Shown: positions 37,605 to 52,539 of the stretch, piece after piece | Layout: each line of letters begins with the position of its first letter | Numbering within the stretch: the first letter of the stretch is position 1 | NCBI RefSeq assembly: GCF_006345805.1 | Contig: NC_043006.1 | Span: 43,586,001-43,650,000, forward strand | Direction of reading: 5' to 3' | DNA: 64,000 nt | DNA from: Octopus sinensis | Taxonomy: Eukaryota | The notes under the pieces: generated by a model | Told to the model about the DNA's origin: nothing | The model's input: the letters and a program-made list of their open reading frames with translations, nothing else | The model's database searches: none | Translations under genes and position numbers: made by a program

Positions 37605-40394
37605 CAGACAGACAGAGACAGAAAGCAAGAGTGAGAATCAAAAGGAGTGTTAGCTTTAAAACTTTAGACATTTATTCTACATTCTAGATAAGTCATAAAC
37701 ACACACACATACCCAACACAAGTGAGCATGGACAACAAAGCACCAGTGAACTGGATGGAAAACAAACGGGGTATAAGAGGAACTGGGTGTACTGAGCAAA
37801 AGAGAAGACCATACTGATGAAGGAGTACGCAATGCAAATGGATGATGCCAGCTGCGTAAATAAAAAATCCAAATGGAATAGCCAAAGAACCAACCACTAG
37901 ATCAACAATAACCCACAGATGGGACAAGTTAGCTTTTGTCAGAGGGCTGGAAATGCCTGGGCAGGTTTGCAAGGTGTTTACATTCTTACCCAAATAATTC
38001 CAGTATGCATCTAAGATGACATTCCAGTCCTCAGCAAACATTAATGAATGGAAACTCCAAGAATGCTTTGATATATCTGAAGAACTCCAGTCCTGATGAA
38101 CTGTAGCCCTTGATATAATTGAAAAACTCCATATATCTGATGAACTCATTAGCCCTTCCTCTGGCCCAAGCCAGGAGACATAAATGGTTACAAATCAGAA
38201 GGTAGAGTCTTTGGTGCTGTTCATGTCTCAATTCTTTAACTTACCTACCATCCATACCTGAAGATCCAGATCTTTCCTAAATAACACTATCACTTTGCTT
38301 AATCCAGATTGATTGAAAAGGTCAATAATCTTATAGTCATTAAGAAGAAGCACAAGTTACTGTGTGAAAGAAATTCTGGTCTCACTGATGGTCACTAAAT
38401 TTAAATAAATACAGTGTTTTGACATCACTAAGCATGTGACCTTTCCAGACTACATTCATTTATAGAACTGATTCTTAATATGGCCATGTTGGGCAGAGAA
38501 AAAGCAAGAAACTTACCTTGCTCTCAAATAACAACAGGTAATCCAAGGAGAGTTTCTTTAAAAAAAACCCTCCAGAAAGTTATTATCCACTCTAAGTTGG
38601 AAAAAATTCTCATGTCACATGGCAAATCTTTTCTTAATGTCAAATAGACTTTTGATGACATTTTCAGCAACATCTATTTTGCTAGTGTTTTTGTGAGATG
38701 AGCTCCTCTCATTTGTTCATACACACACACACACAGACACATACACATGCTACATACTTCATCAACTCAATGCTGTTCCTACTCGCAACAGTAAAGTTGA
38801 AAAGGAGGACTTTTGCGTTTGGTTATTGGCATTACACAGCTGTTGTTGGATTTGCTGCTACTTTTGATGAGGTGATTGTTGTGTTTGTATTTTTACTATA
38901 CCTTTTAATTTTTTTTTTTCTTGGTTAGTGTGATCATTGGTTTTGCTACTGTTATTGTTCTTCTTGCTGTTGGCATTTCTTTAGCCATTGTGGCTGCAGT
39001 TATTGTTGTATTCTGTGAGTTTAGCTCTTATTATTTTTTTTTTTATTCTGTTGATAAGTAGATGTTTAGTGGGTTCTGCAATATCAGGATTTCCATGCCC
39101 ATTTGAGACAAATTTTATTCTTTCTGTTTTTCTTCCCTTGATAGTACTTCTTCCAATCAAAGAATATTACTTGTTGTTCACTTCTGATAGCACATTTAAT
39201 GCCTTTACAACTCACCAGGTGGAAGATGTTCGGCCAAAACTACTAAATTGTTAACGCTACTGTACTAGCTTGGTCAGTATTTATACTCATTTTCATTGGC
39301 TGAGTAGACTGGAGCAATGTGAGGCAGAGTATTGTGCCAGAAAATAAAACATATCTGAACTGGGAATTGAACTCAAAACTTTATGATCAAAAGCCCAGTT
39401 GTTTAACCACTAGGCCATGTTTCTTCCGATTTTATTTAGAGATTTACACTCAATTTTCAGTGCTATATCATGGATGAATTTATTTTGTTTTCACAGGCTA
39501 ATTTACATATCTACGTTTTGGTACAAGCATGGCTGTGTGGATCTCGACCACATGGTTTCAAGATCAGTTCCACTGCGTGGCACTCTGGGCAAGTGTCTTC
39601 TACTACAGCCCTGGGCCAACCAAAGCTTTGTGAGTGGATTTGGTAGGTAGAAACTGAAAGAAGTCTGTCAATATCTTTACGCATGCATGTGTATGTGTTT
39701 GTGAGTGAGTGTATGTTTGTATCTCCTAGACCTCACATCTTGCAATTGTTGCAAATGAATGACATTCATGTCCAATATACTGCAAAAACATGTCAGGCCG
39801 TAACTTGGAAACCAGATATTAAAGGTTGGTGACAGGAAAGGCATCAAGATGTAAGAAATCTGCCTCAATAAACTCTGCCTGATCAAGGTGAAGCATGGAA
39901 AATTGCATGTTAAATGATGAGAATGATGATGATGCACATTTGCATATTTACACCAGAAAATTCTAAGCCTGTTGCTATTTAGACCCAAGTCGGCTCTAAC
40001 CAAGTCGACTCACTTATGACCAGAAGTCATTCCAGCAGCATCTTCTGTTAATATTTTTCAGATACAGTGTAGCACGGATTATATTATGTAATGTTCTCCC
40101 TTCTAAGATGGTAGGGTGTGATTTGATGTTGAATGACCACATAAAAGATACCATGCAGGGCTGGGTTTCTTTCTTTCTTTCTTTTTTTTACGGTTTTGTT
40201 TTATTTAATGCTACATGTCCTTCCCCCCTTTTATTATTGCTAACCATTCAAATGTGAACAGGGATCTGCTAGTGTATGTAAGCTACCAACCAGAGGAATG
40301 AAGTGAAGCAAAAAGATTAATGTGAGTTGATTCCGGGTAAGAAACTAATCACACCATAGAAATTACTCAAGCAGCTTCTTAACCAATAAGTCAC

Positions 40395-40595
40395 TATATA
40401 TATATACACACACACACACACATACATACATATATGTGTGTGTACGTATATATAAATATGTATACATATTTGCATATACATATATATGAATATAAATGTG
40501 TTTGTGTGTGTATATATATATATACACACACATATATAAATGTGTGTGTATATGTATATATATAATTGTATATACTTATCTATGTATATAAATGG

Positions 40596-40650
<55 letters not shown>

Positions 40651-40788
40651 TAGACACACACACATGTACAGATATGTATATATATATATGTATGTATGTA
40701 TATATATACATATATACACACACATGTGTGTATGTGCGTGTATTATATTTATATTTGTATATATGTATTTTTATATGTATATATGTAG

Positions 40789-40828
<40 letters not shown>

Positions 40829-40955
40829 GTGTGTATTATATTTATATTTGTATTTATAGATATATATGTGTGTATATATATATATATTTATACACACACA
40901 CACAGGCATGTGTGTGTATTACATTTACATTTATAATACAAATATATATATACAG
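40395..40955. repeat. Compound (TA)/(TG)/(CA) microsatellite block
   Basis: About 560 bp of alternating purine-pyrimidine sequence, beginning about 115 nt after the donor of exon 41170-41070 in transcript direction. Confidence 0.9.
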
Positions 40956-41069
40956 ACATATATTTTTTAACAGACTTTCAAAGAATAGGGTAATAAAAAA
41001 GGGAAAGAAGAAAAAACACAAAAAGAAAAGTCTAGAAAAGCACTAAAAGATGATTAAAAGACAACTCAC

Positions 41070-41170
41070 CTTGAATGCCATAAATTTATGATAAGGTTTA
41101 GGAGCCCAAGCATAGATCTCAATGCAGTCTTGAAGGGCTATCACAAGGAATTTGATCCGTTCATATTTTA
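41070..41170 (-). CDS. msn: Misshapen/MAP4K4 family CNH-domain exon (last exon found in the window)
   Basis: ctttccag|TAAAATAT...TTCAAG|gtgagt. 101 nt, phase 1 to phase 0, encodes (V)[33 protein letters not shown]. Lies inside ORF 41043..41249. Confidence 0.96.
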
Positions 41171-41424
41171 CTGGAAAGACAAGGAGTGAGAAATGAAGGA
41201 AGACATTCTTGGAAAAGCAGATTATAATGAGATTCAAGAAATATAGCAAGTTCTGGTATGAAATCCAGTTTGATAAAAAAAAAAGAACTTTTGAAACAAG
41301 TGCTTAATAAAAGAGAAAAGAAATATAACCTCAGTAAAAGGTGGCTTATATTTTTATATTTTATATATGATGGTGATTATTATAAGTGTGTGTGTGTCTG
41401 TGTGCATATAAATGGATATATGAT

Positions 41425-41472
<48 letters not shown>

Positions 41473-41810
41473 TAAATGTATGTGTGTGTGTGTGTGTGTG
41501 TACACTCAAATGTTCTGCTTGAAGAAACTGGAAAATATGATAAAATTACTGAAAATTAGGCCTGACTCAGGTGTTTATAACAGGTTCTGAACGTGTGGCA
41601 TAGAAAGGAAATGCATGTGTGTTTGTAGGTGCCTGAACATATAGCTCTGTGTATGTCTGCAGGTGTGTGATGTACTTGCATAGAAGCACACACACAAACA
41701 CACACAGCTAGCTATCTAAATAATTACATCATGTATATACACACCTGTGTTTGTGTGCATGTGCATGTATATGTGTGAATATACATGTGTGTGTGTGTAT
41801 GTATGTATAT

Positions 41811-41847
<37 letters not shown>

Positions 41848-42814
41848 CAAATATGCATAAATTAAAGGTATTTATATGCATTTGTAGGGGTTTATGCATA
41901 TGAATATACTAATGCTAGTGGGTGTGTATCTATACAAGAGAACAAGAGCACTTGCCAGTGTGTAAATATATTTATGTGCATATGTTTTGGTGTACGGGTG
42001 CATGTTTATCAATAATTACATCTAAGTGCATGTGTGCTCTTGTGTGTGTGTGTGTGCACGTGTGTGCATATAAATGGATATGAAACTGCATTGAAAAACA
42101 GCATAAATGTGCATATTTATTTACTCAAAATTACTGCTGCAAAGAAGCTTTCACACTTTAAATATCTGGAGATAAGAATTTCCATGAATTTATCAAATTT
42201 ATATTTACGAGTGTGTTCGCATACATGTGTGTATAAATGCATTACAGATACGGTCGTTGTCAGAAAGTAATCTTTTTTTTGTTTGTTTGTTTGTTTGCTT
42301 TTTTGTCTTAATTTCTTTTATTGTTTTATTTTTATTTGGTTTGTCTTCAAGACAAAAGATACAGATTCATGTATGGTCAGGGTGAAATGAGAGAAACTGC
42401 ATAAACAGAAGGTGTCACATCGAGAAAGATAAACGAAGTCTCTTCCTAGAAACAAGTGATAGGTGTGTGCGTGCGTGCATGCGTATGTGTGCGCGTGAGC
42501 ACATACACAAACATGTCTGACTGTATTGGCCAAGTGGTTAAGGTACAGAATTGCTCAGCTCATAGAACATAAGTTCAAATCTTCTGCAGGCATTCTATTG
42601 CATACCTGGGCATACCCTCTGCCCCACCTGTTCTATCCAATGTCAAAGACGAGTACATATCTTACTTTGTTTGTTTATTTGTTGTTTTTCTTTTTTGCAT
42701 TTTGTTTTAGTGGGAGAAGAGAGAGAAGAAGATCAATAGGACTGATTATGCAATCATATGTTTCTCTCTAATTGTAAGCAGTCTATTAACAGTTATTTTT
42801 AATTAGTCTTCATC

Positions 42815-43150
42815 ATTGGCCCACAGTCATGCTGGGGCTTAGTTGAACAAATCCACCATAGTATTTATGTTTTCAGTCTTGTCCTTATTCTACCAGTTTC
42901 ATTTGCTGAACTGCTAAATTACAAGGACATGAACAAACCAACACCAGTTGTCAAGCAGTGGGGAAGAACAAACAGGCATAAAAACACACGCACACAACAG
43001 GCTTCAACATAGTTCCCATCTACCAAATTTACTCACAAGTCATTGGTCAGCCTGGGGTCAGTCAGTGGAAGAGACTTGCCCAAGGTGTCAAGCAGTGGGA
43101 GTGAACCCAAAATCATGTGATCAGGAAGCAAGCTCCTTAGCCACACAGCC
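42815..43150 (-). mobile_element. SINE family A, diverged
   Basis: Same two modules, with more substitutions. Confidence 0.7.
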
Positions 43151-43174
43151 ATACTCACTCCTAGGAAATAATTT

Positions 43175-43410
43175 CTTTATTTCTTTATTGCCCATAAGGG
43201 GCTAAACATAGAGGGGACAAACAAGGATAGACAAAGGGATTAAGTCGATTACATCAACCCCAATGCATAACCAGTACTTATTTAATTGACCCTGAAAGGA
43301 TGAAAGGTAAAGTCAACCTTGGCAGAATTTGAACTCTGAACATAACAGCAGATGAAATGCCACTAGGCATTTCACCCAGTGTGCTAACGATTCTGCCAGC
43401 TCACTGCCCT
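43175..43410 (-). mobile_element. SINE family B, full-length
   Basis: Family B consensus; degenerate flanking repeat ggaaataattt / ggtaataattt. Lies next to the head of the family A copy at 42815-43150. Confidence 0.82.
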
Positions 43411-43735
43411 GGTAATAATTTACTAAAGAAATAATATATTTCTCCAGGGTCAAACAAGAGACGAAAGAGATACAGGAAAAAAGATCATTTGATATCATCA
43501 ATAACAAAATTTAAACCGAGTATCATGAAGCATTTAAATATGTACTAGATATTATACTTGTAATGTATTTATGTTCTGTCCCTCTAATCAATGTGGTGCT
43601 GGTCCTTGATAGCTTAAACCTCCTTTCAATTTTCCCATGCTTGCTTTCGTTATCCAACTGTTTCATTATTCACTCAGTCATTCAGATCTGACTGCAGGCT
43701 GTACACTTGTATTTGCACAAACACTCTTTCTCTCT

Positions 43736-43778
<43 letters not shown>

Positions 43779-44316
43779 CTCATACACACACCTGTACACA
43801 TCCATTCTCTCCATGTCCTCGCTATGCATAAGAGACCTGTGGCTGATCTAAACAAAACCATTCAGTTTTGACATGGTTCCTTTCAGTCAATGTTTTTGAT
43901 GTTAAACTGGAAAACACTTATCTTTGAGGGAAGATTAGTTCTACTAAGACTAATAAAGCCCAAATCCTCCCTATCACCTTTAGTATTTAACAATAACAGA
44001 TTCCTTACAAAGCCGAAAAGAAGATTTCTTTCTTTTCTTCTTCGGTCTTTCCCTGATTCTTTCAATTCATCTTTTCTTCTGATATCATTTACATTTTACT
44101 TACAGCTTTACTACATTACTAATCTAAACAGCAAGCAGGAAGCAATGGATTAATGGATTATCAGAATAAATAACTAGATTGGATTAATCTGCTTTTCATG
44201 CGAATACGAAACACAAATAAATACAAATACAAATACAAATACAAATACAAAAACCTTTTCAAAGATATCAGAAAAATCTTTCAGAAACAGATCAGCAGGA
44301 AAAGAAAGAAACTTAC

Positions 44317-44380
44317 CAATCTTAAAATGGACACAGCCTTCTAGATTCCCAACGTTCAGCCAGCCATTTTTTTTCTCACT
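44317..44380 (-). CDS. msn: Misshapen/MAP4K4 family CNH-domain exon
   Basis: aatttcag|AGTGAG...AAGATTG|gtaagt. 64 nt, phase 0 to phase 1, encodes SEKKNGWLNVGNLEGCVHFKI(V). Confidence 0.93.
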
Positions 44381-46389
44381 CTGAAATTAGAAACCAAAAG
44401 GAAACCACATGAATATTATAATATTCTGTTTACACAGATGGTGATGATGCTGAAGATGTTGGTGATGATAAAGTTAATATGTACAAAACATTGGGTTCAC
44501 TGAACTATGAGATACCTCTCTCACTTGTATATTTGATATTCCTGGCATGAAAGAAAAACTTTGTATTTCACTTTACAAATTCCTAACTTTTGCTTGAAAA
44601 TGAAGGCTTGGGAAGGAATTAGCAAATGTTATTGCCAATGTGCCGAAAGTGTTGCTGAAGAGAATCCTGAAAACCCAAGTCTTTTTGGTTATGTGATATT
44701 GCTAATGATAAATACTTGGTCAATCAAAGATATTTTTCACATCATTGAAAGGCACATAGACTGGGTTGCCATGCGAAGAGGCATTAACGTTCTAACGCAA
44801 CCAACAACACGGGAGGTGGAGGGGGAAGAGGGATGGTGGTGATGGTGATGGTGGTGGAAAAGAATCCAATCATATTTGGTTTCAAAGGTACACAATCTCA
44901 TTTACAAAGTCAGCCCCAGCATGGCCGCCACAGTTCAATGAGCGAAACCAGTAAACAAAATAAAGCAGAGCTATGAATTCTCTTATTGACTCAGCATATA
45001 ATACACACACACAAACACACACATACAAATGCACACACAAATAGTAACCCGATTCTTTATGCTCTTCATGCGCATAATTTTGAACATCAAACACTGCTCT
45101 AGTTTCTCAAGTAAAACCAGTGGCTCTTTCTGTGTGGCTATTACAAAGACGAAATGCGAGAGAGGTGAGAGGGAGAGAGAGAGAGAAAGAAAGAAAGAGA
45201 GGGGTTATGTATTTCATTAAATTATCCTAACATAAACACCCCTACCCACCCACTCACTCACTCTCTTTCTCTCCTCTCGTTTTTGCATTTTGTTATGATG
45301 TCATTGCCCATCACTTCAGACACACACACACACACACATACATATATACTCTAGTTAACTTAAAGTTCAACAGATGAGTAGATATTATAGACTTAGTTTA
45401 GAGTTAATAATTTCAAACTTTTTGCTTTTTTATTTGCAAAACTAGTGTCGGGAGACGGAGAGAGACAGGGGCGGAGGACGAGAAGAGGCAGGAGTGGAAA
45501 TCATTAAAATGTTATGTTAATAAATCGCAACAATAAAGAAGAAGAAAATTAACATTTCAAATACATGTTGCAGCTGATTTGACTAATTTTTCAATTTACA
45601 TGTAAAAAGTTATCAATGCAGTTCCCCCCCCCCACCTCCCATCACACACCTTGTTTATTTAATTTTTTTTTTCCAGCAGTTTTTGATGGAATAAAAACAC
45701 TTTAAACACCACATTAAAATCAATAATAATAATAATAATAATAACGATAATAATAATAATAGTAGTAGTAGTAATAGTAGTAGTAATAATAATAATAATA
45801 ATAATAATAGTAATAATAAACAATTATAATGGAACCACTTTTATTTATTTAGTTAATTTCAAACTCTTGAACGGTGTTTGATGTTCAAAGCTATCCAAAT
45901 GAAGAGCATAAAAACACTTGCTGGAAACGAACGAGGCTCCGGGATAGACGATGAGGTAATTAAAGCAAACTCTGAATTAACGAATTACAGCTAATGTGTC
46001 ATTAACAGGTACGGGCTAGGTAGAATGTAGAAGCTGAGGCAGTGTTGCTGTTGTTCTGTGTTATTCTAAAAGAGCATCATTGAAAGCAATAAAGACAATG
46101 GTAGCAAATTAGCAAAAGAATGGTAGAATAGATGATGGGGGGAGAGCGGAACAAATTAATAGCGGTGTTAAGTAAAAGACTTCTCAAAGACTGGAGTCAT
46201 TAAATAACTAATTCTAACGATGTTGAATAGTAATTTTCAGTTGTGATCACAAATTGTATGCATTTATGAAAGGGTGTGAGAATTTATTACGAAATCGGGA
46301 CACCTAATAAATATGAATATCTACCTAACCATCAATACATGCATAAACACAAAGTAGCAAATATCATCATCATCGTCATCATCATGTCG

Positions 46390-46420
<31 letters not shown>

Positions 46421-47249
46421 TGTCGTCGTTTTTATGTCTACTTTTCCACGCTTGCATTGGTCAGATGGAATTTGTCGAGCTGGGTGCTCTCCCTATCACC
46501 AACCTTCACCCGTTTCCAAGTAAGACAATATTCCTCCATGACCAGACAGAAGATTGGAAATGAAGGATACCACTCGTATGACAGTGATACTCTTTTGCAA
46601 CAACCAAGCAAAGTCAAAGCAAGGAAACAGTAACACACACACATGTGCACAAACACACAAATACTCACACACACACACACAACCAGCTTTACTTGGCCTA
46701 GAGTTATGATAGAAGACAAATGCCCATGATACCGGGGACTGAACCCAAAACCATATGCTTGGCAAGCAAACTTCTTCACCACACAGCCAGGCCATACATT
46801 AGGACAGGCATACATATACGTACACATCCAAAATGCAAATAGACTTGAGCAGGCAATGAAAACTGCACAAGCCTTCATCACTGTTCCACTTCAAGCCATA
46901 GAAAAGATTTATTACAGCTGCTATCTGTCGAGAGAGCTGAACAACATCTCAGATAGCATTCAACCGAGAACTGATAGTTCGTCTTATTGTTATCTATGAC
47001 ACGTTACATTTTCGGTACATTTCTATTTCGGAAGCCATATGAACCAGTTTCGAACTCTCTCTTCTCCCTACAGTGCAGTCACACTGGCAAACACTGTTCC
47101 TTAAATTGCTATATCTGCGTGTCGATAAGGATATGTACCGACTCTTGAGGAAGTAATCATGATGATAACGTAATCATCCGGTTATCACTGCATGTCATTT
47201 CAACAAGCAATTGTTGAAACATGCCTCAGGTAACCCTCCTTGACTATGC

Positions 47250-47445
47250 TATTGCTATTATTATTATTATTTTTATTATCATCATTATTATTATTATTAT
47301 TATTATTTTTATTATCATCATTATTATTATTATTATTATTTTTATTATCATCATTATTATTATTATTATTATCATTTTTATTATCATTATTATTATTATT
47401 ATTATTATTTTTATTATTTTTATTATTATTATCATTATTATTTTA
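47250..47445. repeat. (ATT)n with periodic TTT/ATC interruptions
   Basis: Source of the poly-Ile and poly-Leu ORFs at 47221-47500. Confidence 0.93.
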
Positions 47446-48729
47446 TATTTCTGTATTGTTTAGTGCCATCAACTATTGTTGTTTGTCTTCTATTTTCTAG
47501 TGTTACTCCTGCAACCGAAGATGTAATCTACATTCCCTTGTATTTGTACAGTATGTAAATAAATTGAGTTGGACTGAATTCTAACCCAAACATAAACTTG
47601 TATCGACATACACACATACATACATACATACATACAACACATAGAGAAACATACACTTCAATCCACACACACACACACACACACACGCGTGCATACGTTT
47701 GTGTGTGTGTGTGCGTGTACATGTGTACACACATACAAATGTTGAGAATTTACATTTAGGACGAGCGCAGTAAAACACATATGTACACAAAAAAAAAACA
47801 AAAAAACCTGACATTGATAAGATAAATATAAACATACAGTAAGCATACACATACACATACGTAGAGCAGCATACAAAAGCCTTCTTCCTTCACATCTTAT
47901 TGTTGGCAGGACTACATACAAATGGAATACATCCTGACATGCCTTCTTCCACTGAATGAGATGACGGGAAGTAAAGGCATTTGTGGGATATTCTCAACTG
48001 GGAATAATTCCTTTGTTTCTTTCGTTTCTTTTTTCTGTTTTGTTAGCCACCCCCCACCACACCCTACCCCCACCCAAGAAACTATCACACTCTCAACTAG
48101 TAGACATGTTTATTTATGTCTTATCAGAACTATCTGCACATGTAAAACATCCATGGAATATGTCCGAGATGAAATATGCAAATAGCATGTGGGGGATGAA
48201 AAAAAAATATTCAACAATGATTAGGAAGACATCGGTAAATGCAAAGAAGAAGAAGAAGAAGAAGAAAAGTGGACATAAAAAGAAGGACTGATATGAGATG
48301 GAAAAAAGTAATTGAATAAAATCTAAGATAAACAGGTTGTAATTATAAATTATGGAAATAATAAACAGTTCGTTTTCATTGCTGTTCTGCACTGTTTTTT
48401 AGTTGGTTTTTTTTTTGTTTTTTCGTTTTTGAAATAAAGTTGTCAAGTAACATCTTGTTGGCAAGTAACCCTACTTTAAACAAGTGCTTATCAAAGAGGG
48501 CGGTATCACCCCCAGGGACTAGTGGAAAATTTTATATGAGCACTGGAGACAAATGGGGCAGCAGGGGTGAGGACAACAGATGCATCTTTGAAGATTTTTA
48601 TAGATTTTTGTTCCTTATTTAAATATTAACTTTAAGACAAACAAATGTAATTATTATAACAAATAACTTGTTAGCTATAATAACACCACTACCAACAGCA
48701 ACAATAACAAAACTGATAGCATCAACAAC

Positions 48730-48772
<43 letters not shown>

Positions 48773-48939
48773 GACCTTGAACTAAACAGTAATGAATATA
48801 AATAAATTTGTAGATGCAGGCTCCCAATCACATGGTTTCAGGTTCAGTCACAGTCCATGGCACCTTCGGCTGACTAAAGCCTTGTAAGTAGATTTAATGG
48901 ATGGAAACTGAAACAATCTCATCATGTGTGTGTGTGTGT

Positions 48940-48977
<38 letters not shown>

Positions 48978-49241
48978 TCATCATCGTCATTGTTTAACAT
49001 CCCTCTTCCGTGCATGCATGGGTAGGGCAGTTGACAGGAGCCAGCCAGGTAGAATATCGACCCAAGGATACTGTGTCTGTTTTAGCAGGGATTTTACAGC
49101 TGGATGCCCTTCCTAATGCCAACCACTCTGCAGAGTGGACTTAGTGCTTTTTACATGGCACTCACGACCTTACAATCTTGAGCCAAATGCCCTAGCCACT
49201 AAGCCACATACCTTCACTATCTCTTAATCTACATGTGTATA

Positions 49242-49297
<56 letters not shown>

Positions 49298-49680
49298 CAC
49301 ACCCACATATGCATACATATATATAAGTAGACAAATGATGCTCATTACACTACATGGATGTATAAAAGGGTTGAAGAGAAAGAATACGACAAGGAGTAAA
49401 GTTGGACGAGAGCGGAGTAAACGGCAAAGTAGGCGAAAACTAAACAGACAGGAAATAAGACGACTTGATACATGGAATATTCACAGCTGACTTTTCCTCT
49501 TCAGTTAAATATGCAAAATATCATAGCAGTTTCACACCAAAACTACCATGATATTTTGTGTCTTTGACTGAAGGCAAAATCTCAGCTGCAAATATTCCGT
49601 GTATCAAGAAGTAGTTGTCTAATTTCCCATCCATTTAGTTTTCGTCTACTTTCCCGTTTACTCTGCTTTCGCCTAACTTT

Positions 49681-49729
<49 letters not shown>

Positions 49730-49941
49730 ACACATATACAGGCGCATGCATGCCTGTGTAGTAAGAAGCTTGCTTTCCACATGATTCTGAATTCAGTTCC
49801 ACTGCATGACACCTTAGGCAAAACCTCAGGAGTGGATTTCAAAGAACCCTGTTGTATACATGTGTGTGTCTATGTTTCTCCAGCATGGCCACAGTCAAAT
49901 GACTGAAACAAGCAAAAACATAAGAGGGTATATATATATAT

Positions 49942-50362
49942 AGGCACAAGAGTGGCTGTGTGGTAAGTAGCTTGTTTACTAACCACATGGTTCCAAGTTC
50001 AGTCCCACTGCATGGTACCTTGGACAAGCGTCTTCTAATATAGCTTCAGGCTAATCAAAGCCTTGTCAGTGGATTGTGGATTTGGTAGGCAGAAACTGAT
50101 GGAAGCCAGTCATATATATATATATGTATGTATGTATGTGTGTGTGTGTGCATGTTTGTGCACCTGTGTTTGTCTCCTCAGCATTGCTTGACAACCGATG
50201 ATGGTGAGTTTACGTCCCTGTAACTTAGCGGTTCGGCAAAAAAGAAGCCGATAGAATAAGTACTAGGCTTACAAAGAAAAAGTCCTGGGGTCGATTTGCT
50301 CGACTAAAGGTGGTTTTCCAGCATGGCCGCAGTCAAATGACTGAAACAAGTAAAAGAATAAA
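49942..50362 (+). mobile_element. SINE family A, full-length (partial copies also at about 48810-48920 and 49740-49915)
   Basis: aggcacaagagtggctgtgtggtaagtagcttg...gtcaaatgactgaaacaagtaaaagaataaaag. Confidence 0.85.
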
Positions 50363-50388
50363 AGAATATATATATATATATATATATA

Positions 50389-50433
<45 letters not shown>

Positions 50434-50981
50434 TGTGTGAGCCCAAGACCATGCAGTTGGGAAGCAAACTTGTCACCAAAGAGCCATGACTGCAAAGCAA
50501 ACTTATCGACCACATAGCAATGCCAATGCCCCACCACACACACACACACAAAGAAGTCCAGATTGCTTTCTTCTTGAGGGAGAAAAATAAACATAGCTGA
50601 TCCATTATGACTCTCATGAGGGAATTACAACATTTATACAAGCTAACAATGCATACATCTATTTGTAGAGAGTCCTTCGACTGATTGCAGCAATGAATTG
50701 TGCCCCACCAAAGTGCTTATTCATAGAGAATTAGGCCGAACAAACAAAAGTTATAGATGTAAGAGAGGAATACAGTACAGCCTCTGCGTTGCGGGGGATC
50801 AACTGCTGATACTGACCAACACCTTATCAACTTGGCTAACTTATAATCCACCTAACTTGCATTACGTGAATGTCAATTGGGACTTGGATAATAATACAGA
50901 TCAGAAGGAATTGCATACATGCTAGGGAAGTTAGTTAACGCTTGGAAAATGTTCCCAGATGACAGCATGAACAGAGGGGTA

Positions 50982-51024
<43 letters not shown>

Positions 51025-51765
51025 GTGCACACATGTAAAAGTTATAGCACCAGTGTTACTGTATTTAATTAGAGACCAAATCAAATTTCACAGAAACAAA
51101 GAGTAAAGGGACGGGGTGGTGCGGAAAAATGAAAGAATTGGAAATGTATGAATGTTTACCTTATTATTTATAAGAGGCAAGGTGCATATGATATAAGCAC
51201 ATAAATCAAAATGACCCCCCCACCACCACCATCACCACCACACCACACCACACCAACATGCTCTAGCAATCCATAGGAAATACAGAAACGGGTAAAACCA
51301 TCCAATCCATTCTGGCATAGAAAATATAAATAAATGATAAATGTCTCTGCTAGTTCATTAAGCTAGTGTTAAGGTTCTGAACCTAGCTGCATTAAGCAGA
51401 TGAGAAATAAAGCATTGCATGGATGGAATATCGATTATTATAGGAATCACTCGCAGAACATCTTGTGCATATTTTTTTTTTCTCCCCCAAGTTATTACGA
51501 TTCTGCAAGTGCTGACCCTGGAATTAAATATTAGCCAAAGAAAAGGAAGAAATAAAATAATAATAATAATAATAATGATGATGATGATGATAATAATAAA
51601 TACGGCTCGATATCTTTGGAGCAGCGAAACTATAACCATGAACAAATAGAAACTGGAGATTTAAGGATTGCTGGTCTATAAATATGTGAACATAAAAAAT
51701 CTAAATAATACTAATAATAATAATAATAACAACAATAAATAAATAAATATATTTATTTATTTATT

Positions 51766-51825
<60 letters not shown>

Positions 51826-52387
51826 AAGAGATAGAGAGAAAGCCATACAGACACATATTAAAAATGGGAATATAAATATAGAAAAATGTATTGGATAAAA
51901 AAATCAAAAATTGTTGATAATATTGAAAAGATGTGATTTCTGTCAGTTATTCTTCTTGTTACTATTGTACTATTATTCTAAAAAAAGTTTAGCAAAATAA
52001 ACAAACACATTTATATATACATATATATATATGTATGTATGTATATGTATATATGTATGCAATTTTAGAACAAAAAAGCAAGAAAAAGAAGAGAGGAAAA
52101 GGGAGAGAGTGAGAGTGAATGAAAGAAACAAATATATAAATATTAATAAATAAATAAAAAGAAGTAAAATCATATAAATATTTTATGAATACAAAGAGAG
52201 TCTTTATGAGGAGATAGGAAAACAAGAAATGGCCAAGCTTATATTGATAACTTATTCTATATAAACAATAAAATCAAATGTATTGATCAATAGAGAAAAT
52301 GTAAACTACATTCTTCTCGTTGTTGTTGATAAGTCTCATTTGAGACGATGGTTTTGTTTAAAGAACACTATTCCGAACAATACTTAC

Positions 52388-52539
52388 GCTTATAGCTTCG
52401 GTTTTGAAAATTTTACTTTTCAACCATGAAAGATAATATACACGGATTTTGTTTTTCTTTCCGGAGATTGTGACTAAAATGTTCTGGCCTTCTAATACCT
52501 CCATTTGTTGGAATCGACGGCGGGATATTAATGTATATA
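52388..52539 (-). CDS. msn: Misshapen/MAP4K4 family CNH-domain exon
   Basis: tctttcag|TATATACA...ATAAGC|gtaagt. 152 nt, phase 1 to phase 0, encodes (V)[50 protein letters not shown]. Confidence 0.95.

Noticed and set aside
37720-37900. Possible RTE LINE C-terminal remnant (WTTK.PVNWM...KWMMPAA across frames)
   Set aside because: Needs several frameshifts and is too degenerate to call without an alignment.
47905-48000. Minus-strand ENIPQMPLLPVISFSGRRHVRMY, loosely like the CNH PLLVDL segment
   Set aside because: Wrong order relative to the real exons, purine-rich sequence upstream of the AG, and only a 3-residue match.
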